The translations under genes and the position numbers were made by a program. The notes under the pieces were generated by a model that worked only from the letters and a program-made list of their open reading frames with translations, was not told where the DNA came from and did no database searches. Shown piece by piece: positions 1 to 11,146 of a DNA stretch of 32,000 nucleotides. The stretch is from Mycolicibacterium smegmatis. Its GTDB lineage: Bacteria; Actinomycetota; Actinomycetes; Mycobacteriales; Mycobacteriaceae. The DNA lies in contig NZ_LN831039.1 in the NCBI RefSeq assembly GCF_001457595.1, positions 1,260,001 through 1,292,000 of the forward strand, given 5' to 3'. How positions within the stretch are numbered: position 1 is the stretch's first letter; every line of letters begins with the position of its first letter.

Positions 1-1470
1 TTCAGGCGCGCGTGCGTGCCGGCATTCGTCGGAGGTGTCGCGCTGACCACCGCGCTCGGGGTGGGCGCGGTGGCGACGACGACACCGGGGACCGCGCACG
101 TGGCCTCCGGCGTCGGCCTCAAGGCGCTCATCACCCACGGCAGCGCCACCAACTGGAACGCCGACGGCATCGACAAGTTCTACGGCCTCGACTGGAACGA
201 GAAATACGGGCCGACGGTGGTGTCGCAGTTCTCGCTGTTCCCGTACAACGTCAACCCCGACAACCTCAAGGCCGCGCTGCGCAACAACGTCGGCGATCCC
301 GAGCCCGACCTGGTGCTCACCTCAGGGCGGGGTTCCGGGGCCGCCACGGTCACGATGCTCCTGCTGCTCAACAGCGGCAGACCCGAGGACCGCGAGTTGG
401 TGCTCAACACCCGCTGGATCCTGGACAACAGCGTCAACCGGCCCAACGGCGGCTACGGGTCGAGGTACATCCCGTTCAGCATCCTGGGTGTCTACCCATG
501 GCCGACGCCGACCGACGAGGGCGTCGACATCGTCGACGTCGGCTATGAGTACGCGTGGAACTCGAGTGCCCCGGCGTACGTGACCAACGTTGTCGCGCTA
601 CTGAATTCGATCATCGCCTACGCCTACCGGTACAAGTCGCAGGCATTCACGGGCCTGCCGGTGGATCCTGCGCTCGGCATCGATCCGGTCACCGGTGAGC
701 CGAAACTTGAGAAGGGCTACCACTACATCGTCGAGGTCGACGGCACCGTGACCAAGGTGCCGCTGAGCACCCTGGGCAACACCAACACCGCCTACGTGAC
801 CTACCGGGCCGACGGTCTGCCGATGCTGCAGCCGCTGCGCGACGTCGGCGGTCGGTTCGGCAACGCGGTCGCCGACCTGCTGCAACCGGCGCTCAAGGTC
901 ATCGTCGACGCGTCCTATCCCGGCGGTGACCCCGTGGCCAACCCGGACCGCTACATCACGGCGAGCCTCTTCACCCCGCCCGACGTGGCGATCAAGGCAA
1001 TCCAGAAATTGCCGTCAGCCATTGCGCAGGGCGTCGAGGACTTCAAGAAGGACGTGGGGCTCACCACGACGAAGGCACCCGCAGTCGAGGAACGCGACGC
1101 CGAACCGAAATCTGTTGAGGAACAAGTCGCTCCGCGGCAGGATGACGACACGGCGAAGGCTCTCGGCGCCACTGTCGCGGTGTCGTCGAAACCTGCCGCG
1201 GAATCCGAAGAGCCGTCGATCAAGAGCGTCACCGAATCCGGCGCCGTCAAAAACGTCACGGTCACCAAGAAGGACACCAAGAAGGCGGCAGACAAACGCG
1301 TCCGTCCGCGTCCGCTCCGCAAGCTCGTCGAGAACGTCACGAAGGCGTTGACGCCCAAGGCCACCCGGCCCGCCAAGACGTCGAAGCCCGCTACGAGCAC
1401 CGATTCCAACGGTGCGTCAGCGGGCCAATCCGACTCCGGTGACGCGAAGTCCGGCGACTCCGACTCCTGA
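1..1470 (+). CDS. PE-PPE-domain-like exported protein (5' truncated by window edge)
   Basis: Frame open from base 1 to TGA at 1470. N-terminal RR...AFVGGVALTTALGVGAVA resembles a signal sequence. Central NRPNGGYGSRYIPF...TAYVTYRADGLPMLQPLRDVG resembles the PE-PPE domain. Low-complexity Lys/Arg/Ser C-terminus. Confidence 0.7.
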   Translation, partial: FRRACVPAFVGGVALTTALGVGAVATTTPGTAHVASGVGLKALITHGSATNWNADGIDKFYGLDWNEKYGPTVVSQFSLFPYNVNPDNLKAALRNNVGDPEPDLVLTSGRGSGAATVTMLLLLNSGRPEDRELVLNTRWILDNSVNRPNGGYGSRYIPFSILGVYPWPTPTDEGVDIVDVGYEYAWNSSAPAYVTNVVALLNSIIAYAYRYKSQAFTGLPVDPALGIDPVTGEPKLEKGYHYIVEVDGTVTKVPLSTLGNTNTAYVTYRADGLPMLQPLRDVGGRFGNAVADLLQPALKVIVDASYPGGDPVANPDRYITASLFTPPDVAIKAIQKLPSAIAQGVEDFKKDVGLTTTKAPAVEERDAEPKSVEEQVAPRQDDDTAKALGATVAVSSKPAAESEEPSIKSVTESGAVKNVTVTKKDTKKAADKRVRPRPLRKLVENVTKALTPKATRPAKTSKPATSTDSNGASAGQSDSGDAKSGDSDS

Positions 1471-1478
1471 CGGCAGGC

Positions 1479-2915
1479 TCACACCGATATCGGCGTCTTG
1501 TCCGGGTAGATCATCTCGGCCGGTGCGTTGGTGCGCCGCCCGACGACGAAGTAGTACAGCGCTGCGGTGACGACGAGGCCGACGATCCAGGAGATGTCGG
1601 CACCGCCGAGCATGTTGGTGATCGGCCCGGTGTAGAGCTTCTGCGCGAGGAACGGGATCTGGACGACGACGCCGACGACGTAGCAGGCGAGTGCGGGCAG
1701 GTTCCATGAGCCGTACCGGCCCGCTGGGTCGTAGAGGGCCGGAATGTCCACGCGCTCTTTGGAGATCACGTAGTAGTCGGTGAGGTTGATCGCGCTCCAC
1801 GGCGTGAAGACCATGAGCAGCGTCAGCACGAAGTTCTTGAAGTTGTCGAGGAAGTCCGCGCTGGCGACCACGGCGATCGCCACGGACACCGCGGTGAAGC
1901 CCACGATGTAGGCGGCGCGGACGGCGGGCGCGATGCGGGTCTGGCCGTTGATCCCGCTCACGGTGGTCAGGATGCACATGAACCCGCCGTAGGCGTTGAG
2001 CGTGTTGACGGTGAGCTTGCCGACGACGATGACCAGATAGATCAGCACCGCCAGCGCGGCGGTTCCGGCGAGGCCACCGACGAAGCCGACCTGGTCGCCG
2101 AGGAACGCGTCACCGGCGACCGCGGCGACGAGCGCGCCGAACGTCATCGACCACTGCGAACCGATCACCGAACCGGCGAACGTCGACCAGAAGGTGGCCC
2201 GCCCGCTGGTGCTGCGCGGCAGATACCGCGAGTAGTCGGCGACGTACGGGCCGAACGTGAGCTGCCAACCCGCGATCAGGGAGATCGCCAGCAGGAACGT
2301 GACGAAGTCGAACGGCACCACGCCGATCACCGACGACACGTCGTACTGGGTGAACAGCCGGATGGCCAGGTAGGTGAAGCCGATGACGCCCAGGACGGTG
2401 GCGATGCGCCCGACGACGTGGATCACCCGGTACCCGACGACCGCGATCACCGCCGTGAGCGCGCCGAAGATCAGGATCCCCGCCGAGGACGAGCCCAGAT
2501 GCAGGATCTCGTTGATCGCCTGCCCGGCCAGCACACTGCCGGTCGCGGCGAAGCCCAGGTACATCAACACCACCAGCAGCAGCGGGATCGCCGCGCCGTG
2601 CACACCGAATTGCGCGCGGCTGGAGATCATTTGCGGAAGTCCCATGCGCGGACCCTGTGCCGAGTGCAGCGCCATGACGATGCCACCGAGGATGTTGCCG
2701 ATCAGCAACCCGATGATCGCCCACAGTGCGTCCGCGCCGAACACCACCGCCAGGGCGCCGTCGACGATCGCGGTGATCTGGGTGTTCGCCCCGAACCACA
2801 ACGTGAACTGGTTGCGGACGCTGCCGTGCCGTTCCTCGTCGGGAATGACGTCGATGGTGCGGCGTTCGATCGCCGGTGCTGAACCAGCGTGACCCGATGA
2901 ATCATGTTGTGACAT
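1479..2915 (-). CDS. NCS1-family purine/cytosine-type permease
   Basis: Multi-TM protein starting MSQHDSSGHAG...ERRTIDVIPDEERHGSVRNQFTLWFGANTQ, typical of the cytosine/purine permease family. Start assigned at 2915, inside the longer ORF. Confidence 0.85.
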   Translation of the reverse strand: MSQHDSSGHAGSAPAIERRTIDVIPDEERHGSVRNQFTLWFGANTQITAIVDGALAVVFGADALWAIIGLLIGNILGGIVMALHSAQGPRMGLPQMISSRAQFGVHGAAIPLLLVVLMYLGFAATGSVLAGQAINEILHLGSSSAGILIFGALTAVIAVVGYRVIHVVGRIATVLGVIGFTYLAIRLFTQYDVSSVIGVVPFDFVTFLLAISLIAGWQLTFGPYVADYSRYLPRSTSGRATFWSTFAGSVIGSQWSMTFGALVAAVAGDAFLGDQVGFVGGLAGTAALAVLIYLVIVVGKLTVNTLNAYGGFMCILTTVSGINGQTRIAPAVRAAYIVGFTAVSVAIAVVASADFLDNFKNFVLTLLMVFTPWSAINLTDYYVISKERVDIPALYDPAGRYGSWNLPALACYVVGVVVQIPFLAQKLYTGPITNMLGGADISWIVGLVVTAALYYFVVGRRTNAPAEMIYPDKTPISV

Positions 2916-3217
2916 AAGCGGCTTCCATCTCTGAGCATGCCTGGGCGGACGGCACGGAATGTGGCGCGTGACACAGCCGACATTCATCAGAATCAACCTT
3001 GGATGGACGAATGTCAACACATGTGTCACGCACTCGGTATGTCGTCGCGATGACAGGTGACAAGTCAAGTGCGTCGTGCTGCACCGTGCAACACGTACAG
3101 CGACTTCAAAGCCCTGTGACACAAGAAATTTACGTGACGATCCAGATTGGGGGCATTGACACAGGTCGGATGGTGAACCCGAGCCCAGAGCCTGTGGAGG
3201 CCCGACCTTGACACCCC

Positions 3218-3246
3218 TTCATTCATCGGCGATATTCATGAATGAA
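3218..3246. promoter_or_regulatory. Putative operator overlapping a promoter for the RpiR regulator gene
   Basis: Perfect 9-nt inverted repeat TTCATTCAT (3218-3226) / ATGAATGAA (3238-3246). TTGACA at 3208-3213 is followed after 17 nt by GATATT (3231-3236). It lies 22 nt upstream of the preferred start at 3269. Confidence 0.5.
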
Positions 3247-3268
3247 CGCGATGGAGGTGACGTCAGCC

Positions 3269-4159
3269 ATGGACCGGGGGCTCGATGAGGGTGCGATCCC
3301 GGATTTCGTGGACGGCGAACCCGCCGACGTGCGGCGCTGGCTGGAGATGGTGATCAACCGGCGCCGGCTGTCGCCCGCACATCGTCGTGTGGCGCGGTAT
3401 CTGCTCGACCACCCCGAACAGGCTGCCGCCCTGACGGCCGAGGACCTGGGTAAACGCTCCGGGGTCAGCCAGGCGTCCGTGACCCGGTTCGCGATGGAAC
3501 TGGGCTTCCGCGGGTATCCCGAGATGCGCGCCGAGCTGGGCAACCAGATCGCCGCGCAGGCCAAGGGTGTTCCCAACGGTCTGGTGGCCAACGTGCTCGA
3601 ACGCACCGTCGCCAAGGATGTCGCCAACATCGAGGGCCTGGTGTCGAGCCCGTGGGCGGGTCAACGGCTGGACCGTGTGGGCCGCAACCTCGCCGGCTCA
3701 CAACCCCTGCCGGTGATGGGGTTGCGCATCTCGCGTCCGTTCGCCGACCTGTTCGCGTACTTCGGCGCGAAGGTGCATCCCGACGTGCGGGTGGTGCCGG
3801 CCGGATCCGACGGTGACGACGTCCTCGCCGTCGCCGCCAAGGCCGGGGCCACCTGGATGCTGGCATTCGGCTTGCCGAGATATCCTCGGGCCCTGCTGGA
3901 TTCGATCCGCTATGCCCGCTCGTTGGGTCTGCGCGTCGCCCTGGTCACCGACAGCCCGCTGTGCCCGCTGGCGCACGACGTCGACGACCTGCTCGCGGCT
4001 CCGGTCAATTCCGAACTGACCTTCGACTCCTGCACGGCACCCCTGGCGCTCACCATGGGTCTGCTGCAGGCGATGACGGAGGCGCTGCCTGATCACGGCC
4101 AGGCGCGCCTCGAAGAGTTCGATCAGCGCGCCGAAGAGCGCTGCCTGTTCATCGATTGA
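3269..4159 (+). CDS. MurR/RpiR-family transcriptional regulator
   Basis: N-terminal HTH (RVARYLLDHPEQAAALTAEDLGKRSGVSQASVTRFAMELGFRGYPEMRAEL) plus SIS-like domain. Start at 3269 preferred because of upstream GGAGGTG; longer alternative 3242. Confidence 0.85.
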   Translation: MDRGLDEGAIPDFVDGEPADVRRWLEMVINRRRLSPAHRRVARYLLDHPEQAAALTAEDLGKRSGVSQASVTRFAMELGFRGYPEMRAELGNQIAAQAKGVPNGLVANVLERTVAKDVANIEGLVSSPWAGQRLDRVGRNLAGSQPLPVMGLRISRPFADLFAYFGAKVHPDVRVVPAGSDGDDVLAVAAKAGATWMLAFGLPRYPRALLDSIRYARSLGLRVALVTDSPLCPLAHDVDDLLAAPVNSELTFDSCTAPLALTMGLLQAMTEALPDHGQARLEEFDQRAEERCLFID

Positions 4160-4185
4160 TATGCGACAACGATTTTCACACCTGC

Positions 4186-4206
4186 CGGCCGGTTGAGAAC
4201 CGGCCG
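4186..4206 (+). promoter_or_regulatory. Perfect 9-bp hairpin immediately upstream of the hutU ribosome-binding site
   Basis: CGGCCGGTT-GAG-AACCGGCCG, followed by AAGGAGG (4209-4215) and ATG 4221. Confidence 0.6.
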
Positions 4207-4220
4207 CGAAGGAGGCTCTG

Positions 4221-5879
4221 ATGGAAGGTGCCCGCCCCGTCCGCGCGCCCCGTGGCACGACCCTGACCGCTCGCAGCTGGGCCACCGAGGCGCCGCTGCG
4301 GATGCTGATGAACAACCTGGACCCCGAAAACGCCGAACGGCCCGACGATCTCGTCGTCTACGGCGGGACGGGCCGCGCGGCGCGGAACTGGGCCAGCTTC
4401 GACGCGATGGTCCGAACCCTCACCACGTTGCGTGAGGACGAGACCATGCTGGTGCAGTCCGGCAAGCCGGTCGGGGTGTTCCAGACCCACGAGTGGGCGC
4501 CGCGTGTGCTGATCGCGAACTCGAACCTGGTGGGGGACTGGGCCACCTGGCCTGAGTTCCGGCGCCTCGAAGCCATGGGCCTGACGATGTACGGGCAGAT
4601 GACCGCGGGGTCATGGATCTACATCGGCACCCAGGGCATCGTCCAGGGCACCTACGAGACGTTCGCCGCGGCAGCGGAGAAACGCTTCGGCGGCACCCTG
4701 GCCGGCACTCTAACGCTCACGGGGGGCTGCGGTGGCATGGGCGGTGCCCAACCGCTGGCGGTCACCCTCAACGGCGGGGCCTGCCTGATTGTCGACGTCG
4801 ACGAGGCCCGCCTGCGGCGTCGCGTCGAACACCGCTACCTCGACGAGGTCGCCGACAACCTCGACGACGCGGTGACCAAGGCCGTCGCGGCACGCAAAGA
4901 CAAGCGCGCCTGGTCGGTCGGCGTGGTGGGCAATGCCGCCGAGGTGTTCCCCGAACTGCTGCGCCGCGGTGTGCCCATCGATCTGGTGACCGATCAGACC
5001 AGCGCCCACGATCCGCTGTCGTATCTGCCGATCGGCATCTCGGTCGAGGACTGGGAGGACTACGCCACCAAGAAACCCGACGAGTTCACCGAACGTGCCG
5101 AGGAGTCCATGGCCGTCCAGGTGCGGGCCATGGTGGAGTTCCAGGACGCCGGGGCCGAGGTGTTCGACTACGGCAACTCGATCCGCGACGAGGCACGAAA
5201 GGCCGGATATGACCGTGCCTTCGAGTTCCCCGGATTCGTCCCCGCCTACATCCGCCCGCAATTCTGCGAGGGCCGCGGACCATTCCGGTGGGTGGCACTC
5301 TCGGGTGACCCCAAGGACATCCACGCCACCGACGAGGCCATCATGAAGTTGTTCCCCGACGATGACCGCCTGCAGAAGTGGATGCGTGGCGCCCGCGAGA
5401 AGATCTCCTTCCAGGGCCTGCCGGCACGGATCTGCTGGCTGGGCTACGGCGAACGCGACAAGGCCGGCGTGCTGTTCAACGACCTGGTGGCCAGCGGCAA
5501 GGTGTCCGCGCCCATCGTCATAGGCCGCGATCACCTGGACTCCGGTTCGGTGGCCAGCCCCTACCGAGAAACCGAGGCGATGCTCGACGGCTCCGACGCG
5601 ATCGCCGACTGGCCGCTGCTCAACGCGCTCACCGCGACATCCTCGGGTGCGACGTGGGTGTCGATCCACCACGGCGGCGGTGTCGGCATCGGCCGCTCGA
5701 TCCACGCCGGTCAGGTGGGTGTGGCCGACGGTACCGAGCTTGCCGCGCAGAAACTTTCGCGGCTGCTCACCAACGATCCAGGGATGGGCGTCATCCGCCA
5801 CGTCGACGCCGGTTACGAACGCGCCGAAGAGATCGCCGCCGAGCGCGGTGTGCGGATCCCGATGAGGGAGGGCGAGTGA
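4221..5879 (+). CDS. hutU: Urocanate hydratase
   Basis: [30 protein letters not shown]...[19 protein letters not shown]...[15 protein letters not shown]...[13 protein letters not shown]; strong SD AAGGAGG. Confidence 0.96.
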   Translation: MEGARPVRAPRGTTLTARSWATEAPLRMLMNNLDPENAERPDDLVVYGGTGRAARNWASFDAMVRTLTTLREDETMLVQSGKPVGVFQTHEWAPRVLIANSNLVGDWATWPEFRRLEAMGLTMYGQMTAGSWIYIGTQGIVQGTYETFAAAAEKRFGGTLAGTLTLTGGCGGMGGAQPLAVTLNGGACLIVDVDEARLRRRVEHRYLDEVADNLDDAVTKAVAARKDKRAWSVGVVGNAAEVFPELLRRGVPIDLVTDQTSAHDPLSYLPIGISVEDWEDYATKKPDEFTERAEESMAVQVRAMVEFQDAGAEVFDYGNSIRDEARKAGYDRAFEFPGFVPAYIRPQFCEGRGPFRWVALSGDPKDIHATDEAIMKLFPDDDRLQKWMRGAREKISFQGLPARICWLGYGERDKAGVLFNDLVASGKVSAPIVIGRDHLDSGSVASPYRETEAMLDGSDAIADWPLLNALTATSSGATWVSIHHGGGVGIGRSIHAGQVGVADGTELAAQKLSRLLTNDPGMGVIRHVDAGYERAEEIAAERGVRIPMREGE

Positions 5880-7090
5880 AACCCCTCGATCAGCGGTTCG
5901 AGACCACCTGGGCCGATCTGCAACCCGTCGGCCGCGACAAACTGTCCGGCGGGTACCACCGCTTCGCGTGGACCGGTCCGGACGCCGACATGCGCGCCTG
6001 GTTCAGCGATCAGGCGCACAGTCGCGGCCTCACCTACGAATGCGACGGCAACGGCAACCAGTGGGCGTGGTGGGGCACCCCCGGCCCAGGTGCCGTGGTC
6101 ACCGGCAGCCACCTCGACAGCGTGCCCAGCGGCGGCGCGTTCGACGGGCCGCTCGGTGTGGTGTCGGCGTTCCTCGCCATCGACGAGATGCGCAGCCGCG
6201 GTGTGCAACCCACCCATCCGATCGCGGTCGTCAACTGTGTCGACGAGGAAGGCGCCCGCTTCGGTGTGGCGTGCATCGGCAGCCAACTGCTCACCGGTGC
6301 CCTGAGCCCCGAGAAGGCCCGCAACCTGTACGACGTCGACGGCGTCACGGTCGCCGAGGCGATGCGCACCGCCGGGGCCGACCCCAACGACCTCGGTCGC
6401 GACGACACCGTCCTGAACCGGATCGGCGCGTTCGTCGAACTGCACGTCGAACAGGGTCGTGGGCTGACCACCATGAACGCCCCCGTCGGCGTGGCCACGT
6501 CGATCTGGCCACACGGCCGTTGGCGCTTCGCATTCCGCGGTGAGGCCAATCACGCGGGGACCACACGGCTCGCCGACCGGCACGATCCCACACTCGCCTT
6601 TGCCGCCGCGGTGCTCGCCGCGCGCGATGCCGCCGAGGCCAACGGTGCCGTCGCCACGATGGGCAAGGCGTTCATCATCCCCAACGGTGCCAACGCGATC
6701 CCGTCGCAGATCAACGCGTGGCTCGATGCGCGCGCCGGGGACGACGCGGTGCTCGAACGCATGGTGCGCGCCGTCGAGGACGCCGCCGCCAAGGCCGCGA
6801 ACGATCACGGCACCGCGGTCGAGGTCGAGCGCGAATCGTATTCACCGGCAGTGGTGTTCGACGAGACGCTGCGCGACCGTCTTGCCGCCGCGCTGGGCGG
6901 TGTTCCGGTGCTGCCAACCGGTGCCGGGCACGACGCGGGCATCCTCTCGGCGCACGTGCCCTCGGCAATGTTGTTCGTGCGCAACCACACCGGCGTGAGC
7001 CACAGCCCCAGCGAACACGCCGACGCCGAGGACTGCGTCGCCGGGGTGCAGGCGCTCGCGACGGTATTGGAGGAACTGGCCTGCACATGA
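5876..7090 (+). CDS. M20-family amidohydrolase, allantoate amidohydrolase / N-carbamoyl-amino acid hydrolase-like
   Basis: GTG start overlapping the hutU stop. M20/AllC motifs [55 protein letters not shown]. Confidence 0.88.
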   Translation: MKPLDQRFETTWADLQPVGRDKLSGGYHRFAWTGPDADMRAWFSDQAHSRGLTYECDGNGNQWAWWGTPGPGAVVTGSHLDSVPSGGAFDGPLGVVSAFLAIDEMRSRGVQPTHPIAVVNCVDEEGARFGVACIGSQLLTGALSPEKARNLYDVDGVTVAEAMRTAGADPNDLGRDDTVLNRIGAFVELHVEQGRGLTTMNAPVGVATSIWPHGRWRFAFRGEANHAGTTRLADRHDPTLAFAAAVLAARDAAEANGAVATMGKAFIIPNGANAIPSQINAWLDARAGDDAVLERMVRAVEDAAAKAANDHGTAVEVERESYSPAVVFDETLRDRLAAALGGVPVLPTGAGHDAGILSAHVPSAMLFVRNHTGVSHSPSEHADAEDCVAGVQALATVLEELACT

Positions 7091-8418
7091 GCTCCTACTT
7101 CGCAGACCACGCCTGGCTCGGTGACGAGCAGGTGGCCGACAACGTGCTGATCACCGTCGACGGCGACGCCATCACGGCCGTGCAGCGCGACGCCGCACGC
7201 CCTGCCGACGCCGTGCACCTGCGGGGCGTGACCCTGCCAGGACTGGCCAACGCGCACAGCCACGCCTTCCACCGCGCCCTGCGCGGCCGTACCCATCGTG
7301 GTTGCGGCAGCTTCTGGACCTGGCGCGAGGACATGTACGCCGTCGCCGAACGTCTCACCCCCGACGGTTATTACGCGCTGGCCCTCGCCACCTATGCCGA
7401 GATGGCGCTGGCCGGCATCACTTGCGTCGGCGAGTTCCACTACCTGCACCACCGGCCCGGCGGGGCACGTTATGACGATCCGAACGCCATGGGCGCCGCG
7501 CTGATCGCCGCGGCCCACGCCGCGGGCATCCGCATCACGCTGCTCGACACGTGCTACCTCACCGGCGGTGTCGGACAGGAGCTGCGGGGACCGCAACTGC
7601 GGTTCGGGGACGGCGACGCCGCGACGTGGGCCGAACGCGCCGACAAACTCGCCGCCGCACCCCACGCCAAGATCGGCGCCGCCATCCACTCCGTGCGTGC
7701 CGTCCCGCCGGATTCCGTTGGTGCCGTCGCGGAATGGGCAAACCAGCGGGACACGCCCCTGCACTTCCATCTGTCGGAACAACGCGCCGAGAACGACGCG
7801 TGCCTGCAGGCCTACGGCACCACGCCCACACGCCTGCTCGCCGAGCACGGCGCCCTCGGTGCGAACGCCACCGCCGTGCACGCCACCCACCTCACCCACA
7901 CCGACATCACCGACCTGGCCGGCGCCGGTACCGCCGTCTGCATCACCCCGACCACCGAACGCGATCTGGCCGACGGCATCGGCCCGGCACGTGAACTCGC
8001 CGACGCCGGATGCGCGCTGTCGGTGGGCAGCGACAGCAATGCGATCATCGACCTGTTCGAGGAGGCCCGCGCCGTCGAACTCGACGAACGGCTGCGCAGC
8101 GAGAAGCGCGGCCACTGGACCGCGGCGCAACTGCTCACCGCGGCCACGGCCGACGGCCACCGCGCCCTCGGCTGGCCGACGGCAGGCCGTATCGCCCCAG
8201 GTGCGACCGCTGATCTGGTGACCGTCTCGCTCGACTCGGTGCGCCTCGCCGGTGTGCAACCCGAAACCGTTTTGGAGTCAGTCGTGTTCGCCGCCCATGC
8301 CGGCGACGTGCGCGACGTCGTCGTCGGTGGACGCCAGGTGGTCGCCGACGGACGGCACACCATGGTCGACGATGTACCCGCCGCCCTGCACGCCGCGATC
8401 AAGGACATCCTCGTATGA
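7087..8418 (+). CDS. hutF: Formimidoylglutamate deiminase
   Basis: ATG at 7087 overlaps previous stop by 4 nt. Amidohydrolase motifs [49 protein letters not shown], and hut operon context. Confidence 0.92.
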   Translation: MSSYFADHAWLGDEQVADNVLITVDGDAITAVQRDAARPADAVHLRGVTLPGLANAHSHAFHRALRGRTHRGCGSFWTWREDMYAVAERLTPDGYYALALATYAEMALAGITCVGEFHYLHHRPGGARYDDPNAMGAALIAAAHAAGIRITLLDTCYLTGGVGQELRGPQLRFGDGDAATWAERADKLAAAPHAKIGAAIHSVRAVPPDSVGAVAEWANQRDTPLHFHLSEQRAENDACLQAYGTTPTRLLAEHGALGANATAVHATHLTHTDITDLAGAGTAVCITPTTERDLADGIGPARELADAGCALSVGSDSNAIIDLFEEARAVELDERLRSEKRGHWTAAQLLTAATADGHRALGWPTAGRIAPGATADLVTVSLDSVRLAGVQPETVLESVVFAAHAGDVRDVVVGGRQVVADGRHTMVDDVPAALHAAIKDILV

Positions 8419-9605
8419 CCACACTGCTCATCGACAACATCGGATCACTCGTCACCAACGACCCGACCCTCGACGCCGGCCCGCTGGGCGTGCTCCGCGA
8501 CGCTGCCGTCGTCGTCGAGGACGGCCGGATCGCCTGGTACGGATCCAGATCCGACGCGCCCGCCGCCGATACGCGCCTCGACGCCGCCGGCCGTGCCGTC
8601 ATCCCCGGGTTCGTCGACAGTCACGCCCATCTGGTGTTCGCCGGGGACCGGTCCGAAGAATTCGCCGCCCGCATGTCGGGAACCCCGTATCAGGCCGGCG
8701 GTATCCGCACCACCGTCACCGCGACACGCGATGCCACCGATGCCACGCTCAAGTCGACGGTCACCCGATTGGCCGCCGAGGCAACGCGGTCGGGCACCAC
8801 CACGCTCGAGTGCAAGTCCGGTTACGGGCTCACCGTCGAGCAGGAACTGCGCAGCCTGCAGGTCGCCGCCGAGATCACCGACGAGGTGACGTTCATGGGT
8901 GCCCACGTGGTGCCGCCCGAATACGCCGACACACCAGACGATTACGTCGAGCTGGTGTGCACCGCCATGCTCGACGCATGCGCCCCGGCGGCCAAATGGG
9001 TCGACGTGTTCTGCGAGCGGGGAGCATTCGACGTCGACCAGTCGCGGGCCATCCTGCAGGCCGGTATCGCGCGTGGCCTGCAACCCCGCGTCCACGCCAA
9101 CCAACTCGGACCGGGACCCGGCGTGCAGCTGGCGGTCGAATGCAACGCGGCCTCCGCCGATCACGTCACGCACGTCACCGACGCCGACATCGCCGCCCTT
9201 GCCGGCAGCAACACCGTCGCGACGCTGCTGCCCGCCGCCGAATTTTCCACACGCGCCGCCTATCCTGACGGGCGACGGTTGCTCGACGCCGGTGTCACGG
9301 TGGCGTTGTCGCCGGACTGCAATCCCGGATCGAGCTTCACCACCAACATGCCGTTCTGCATCGCGGTGGCCGTGCGCGAGATGCACCTGACCCCGGACGA
9401 AGCGGTGTGGGCCGCCACCGCTGGCGGTGCGCGGGCCCTGCGCCGTGATGACGTCGGCCATCTCGCGGTCGGTGCCCGGGCCGACCTTGCGCTCCTCGAC
9501 GCGCCCTCACATATCCATCTGGCTTACCGGCCCGGTGTCCCGCTCGTCGCGGCCGTGCTCCGCAACGGCGAAATCGTCTGGCAGACAAAAGAGGTGACTT
9601 CATGA
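8415..9605 (+). CDS. hutI: Imidazolonepropionase
   Basis: [69 protein letters not shown]; ATGA overlap with hutF. Confidence 0.95.
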   Translation: MTTLLIDNIGSLVTNDPTLDAGPLGVLRDAAVVVEDGRIAWYGSRSDAPAADTRLDAAGRAVIPGFVDSHAHLVFAGDRSEEFAARMSGTPYQAGGIRTTVTATRDATDATLKSTVTRLAAEATRSGTTTLECKSGYGLTVEQELRSLQVAAEITDEVTFMGAHVVPPEYADTPDDYVELVCTAMLDACAPAAKWVDVFCERGAFDVDQSRAILQAGIARGLQPRVHANQLGPGPGVQLAVECNAASADHVTHVTDADIAALAGSNTVATLLPAAEFSTRAAYPDGRRLLDAGVTVALSPDCNPGSSFTTNMPFCIAVAVREMHLTPDEAVWAATAGGARALRRDDVGHLAVGARADLALLDAPSHIHLAYRPGVPLVAAVLRNGEIVWQTKEVTS

Positions 9606-11146
9606 CAACTGTGACCGTCAAAGTCGGGGTGGGACCGCTCGCGCCGTCGGACGTGCTGCACGTCGCGCGCGACAACGCTCTGGTGGTGCTGACCCCCGAT
9701 GCGTCGGCCGCCATCGCCAAGTCCCGTGACGCGGTCGAGCAGTTGGCCCAGGCGCCGGTTCCTGCCTACGGGGTGTCCACCGGGTTCGGTGCACTGGCCA
9801 CCCGGCACGTCGCCCCGGAACTGCGGGTGGCACTGCAGAAGTCGCTGGTGCGTTCGCACGCCGCGGGCACCGGGCCCGAGGTCGAGCGCGAAGTGGTGCG
9901 CGCGATGATGCTGCTGCGGTTGTCGACGCTGGCCACCGGCCACACCGGGATCCGGCCGCAGACCGCCGAACTCATGGCCGCGATGCTCAGCGCCGGCATC
10001 ACCCCGGTGGTGCGCGAATACGGCAGCCTCGGCTGTTCGGGTGATCTCGCGCCGCTGGCCCACTGCGCGCTCGCGCTGATGGGGGAGGGTGAGGTGCGCG
10101 ACGCGTCCGGCACGCTGCGCCCGGCGGCCGACGCCCTGGCGGCGGCTGGACTGCAACCCGTGCAGCTGTCCGAGAAAGAGGGCCTGGCGCTGATCAACGG
10201 GACCGACGGCATGCTGGGCATGCTCATCCTCGCGCAGCACGATCTCGCGATGCTGCTCAAGACGGCCGACATCGCCGCGGCCATGAGCGTCGAGGCGCTG
10301 CTCGGCACCGACCGCGTCTTCGCCGACGACCTGCAGGCGCTGCGCCCGCATCCGGGTCAGCGAACCAGCGCGTCGAACCTGCGCCGTCTGCTTGCCGACT
10401 CGGCCATCATGGAATCGCACCGCGGCCCGGACTGCACCGTGGTGCAGGACGCGTACTCGCTGCGCTGCTCACCACAGGTGCACGGCGCTGCCCACGACAC
10501 CCTGGAACACACCCGCATGGTCGCGGCCCGTGAACTGGCGGCCGCGGTCGACAACCCCGTGGTGCTGCACGACGGACGCGTGGAATCCAACGGGAACTTC
10601 CACGGCGCCCCGATCGGATATGCGTTGGATTTCCTGGCGATCCCGGTCGCCGACGTCGCCAGCATGTCCGAACGACGCACCGACCGCCTGCTCGACCCGA
10701 GCCGCAACAAGGGCCTTCCGCCGTTCCTCGCCGACGATCCCGGCGTCGACTCCGGCCACATGATCGCGCAGTACACGCAGGCCTCGATCGTGTCCGAACT
10801 CAAGCGCCTGGCCACCCCTGCCAGCGTCGACTCCATCCCGTCGAGCGCCATGCAAGAGGACCACGTCTCGATGGGCTGGTCGTCGGCGCGCAAGCTGCGG
10901 CGGGCCGTCGACGGTCTCAAGAACGTACTTGCCATCGAGATCCTCACCGCGGCACGGGCACTGGACCTGCGCGCACCCCTGACTCCGGCGCCGGCGACGG
11001 CCGCGGTGGTGAAGGCGTTGCGTGACCATGTCGCCGGTCCCGGTCCCGACCGCTTCCTGGCGCCCGAAATCGAAGCTGCCGCCACGATGGTCGGCAACGG
11101 GGCGATGGTCGCCGCCGCGGAATCGGCCATCGGGGCATTGCATTAA
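9602..11146 (+). CDS. hutH: Histidine ammonia-lyase
   Basis: [39 protein letters not shown] (MIO triad CSG), MQEDHVSMG; ATGA overlap with hutI. Confidence 0.95.
   Translation: MTTVTVKVGVGPLAPSDVLHVARDNALVVLTPDASAAIAKSRDAVEQLAQAPVPAYGVSTGFGALATRHVAPELRVALQKSLVRSHAAGTGPEVEREVVRAMMLLRLSTLATGHTGIRPQTAELMAAMLSAGITPVVREYGSLGCSGDLAPLAHCALALMGEGEVRDASGTLRPAADALAAAGLQPVQLSEKEGLALINGTDGMLGMLILAQHDLAMLLKTADIAAAMSVEALLGTDRVFADDLQALRPHPGQRTSASNLRRLLADSAIMESHRGPDCTVVQDAYSLRCSPQVHGAAHDTLEHTRMVAARELAAAVDNPVVLHDGRVESNGNFHGAPIGYALDFLAIPVADVASMSERRTDRLLDPSRNKGLPPFLADDPGVDSGHMIAQYTQASIVSELKRLATPASVDSIPSSAMQEDHVSMGWSSARKLRRAVDGLKNVLAIEILTAARALDLRAPLTPAPATAAVVKALRDHVAGPGPDRFLAPEIEAAATMVGNGAMVAAAESAIGALH

Noticed and set aside
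4710-5801. Long minus-strand ORF of 363 aa antisense to hutU
   Set aside because: High-GC third-position artefact; Gly/Arg/Asp/His-rich, no recognisable domain, and the plus strand encodes a well-conserved enzyme.
6805-8259. Minus-strand ORF of 484 aa antisense to the M20 amidohydrolase and hutF
   Set aside because: Antisense shadow ORF in high-GC coding DNA, no domain recognised.
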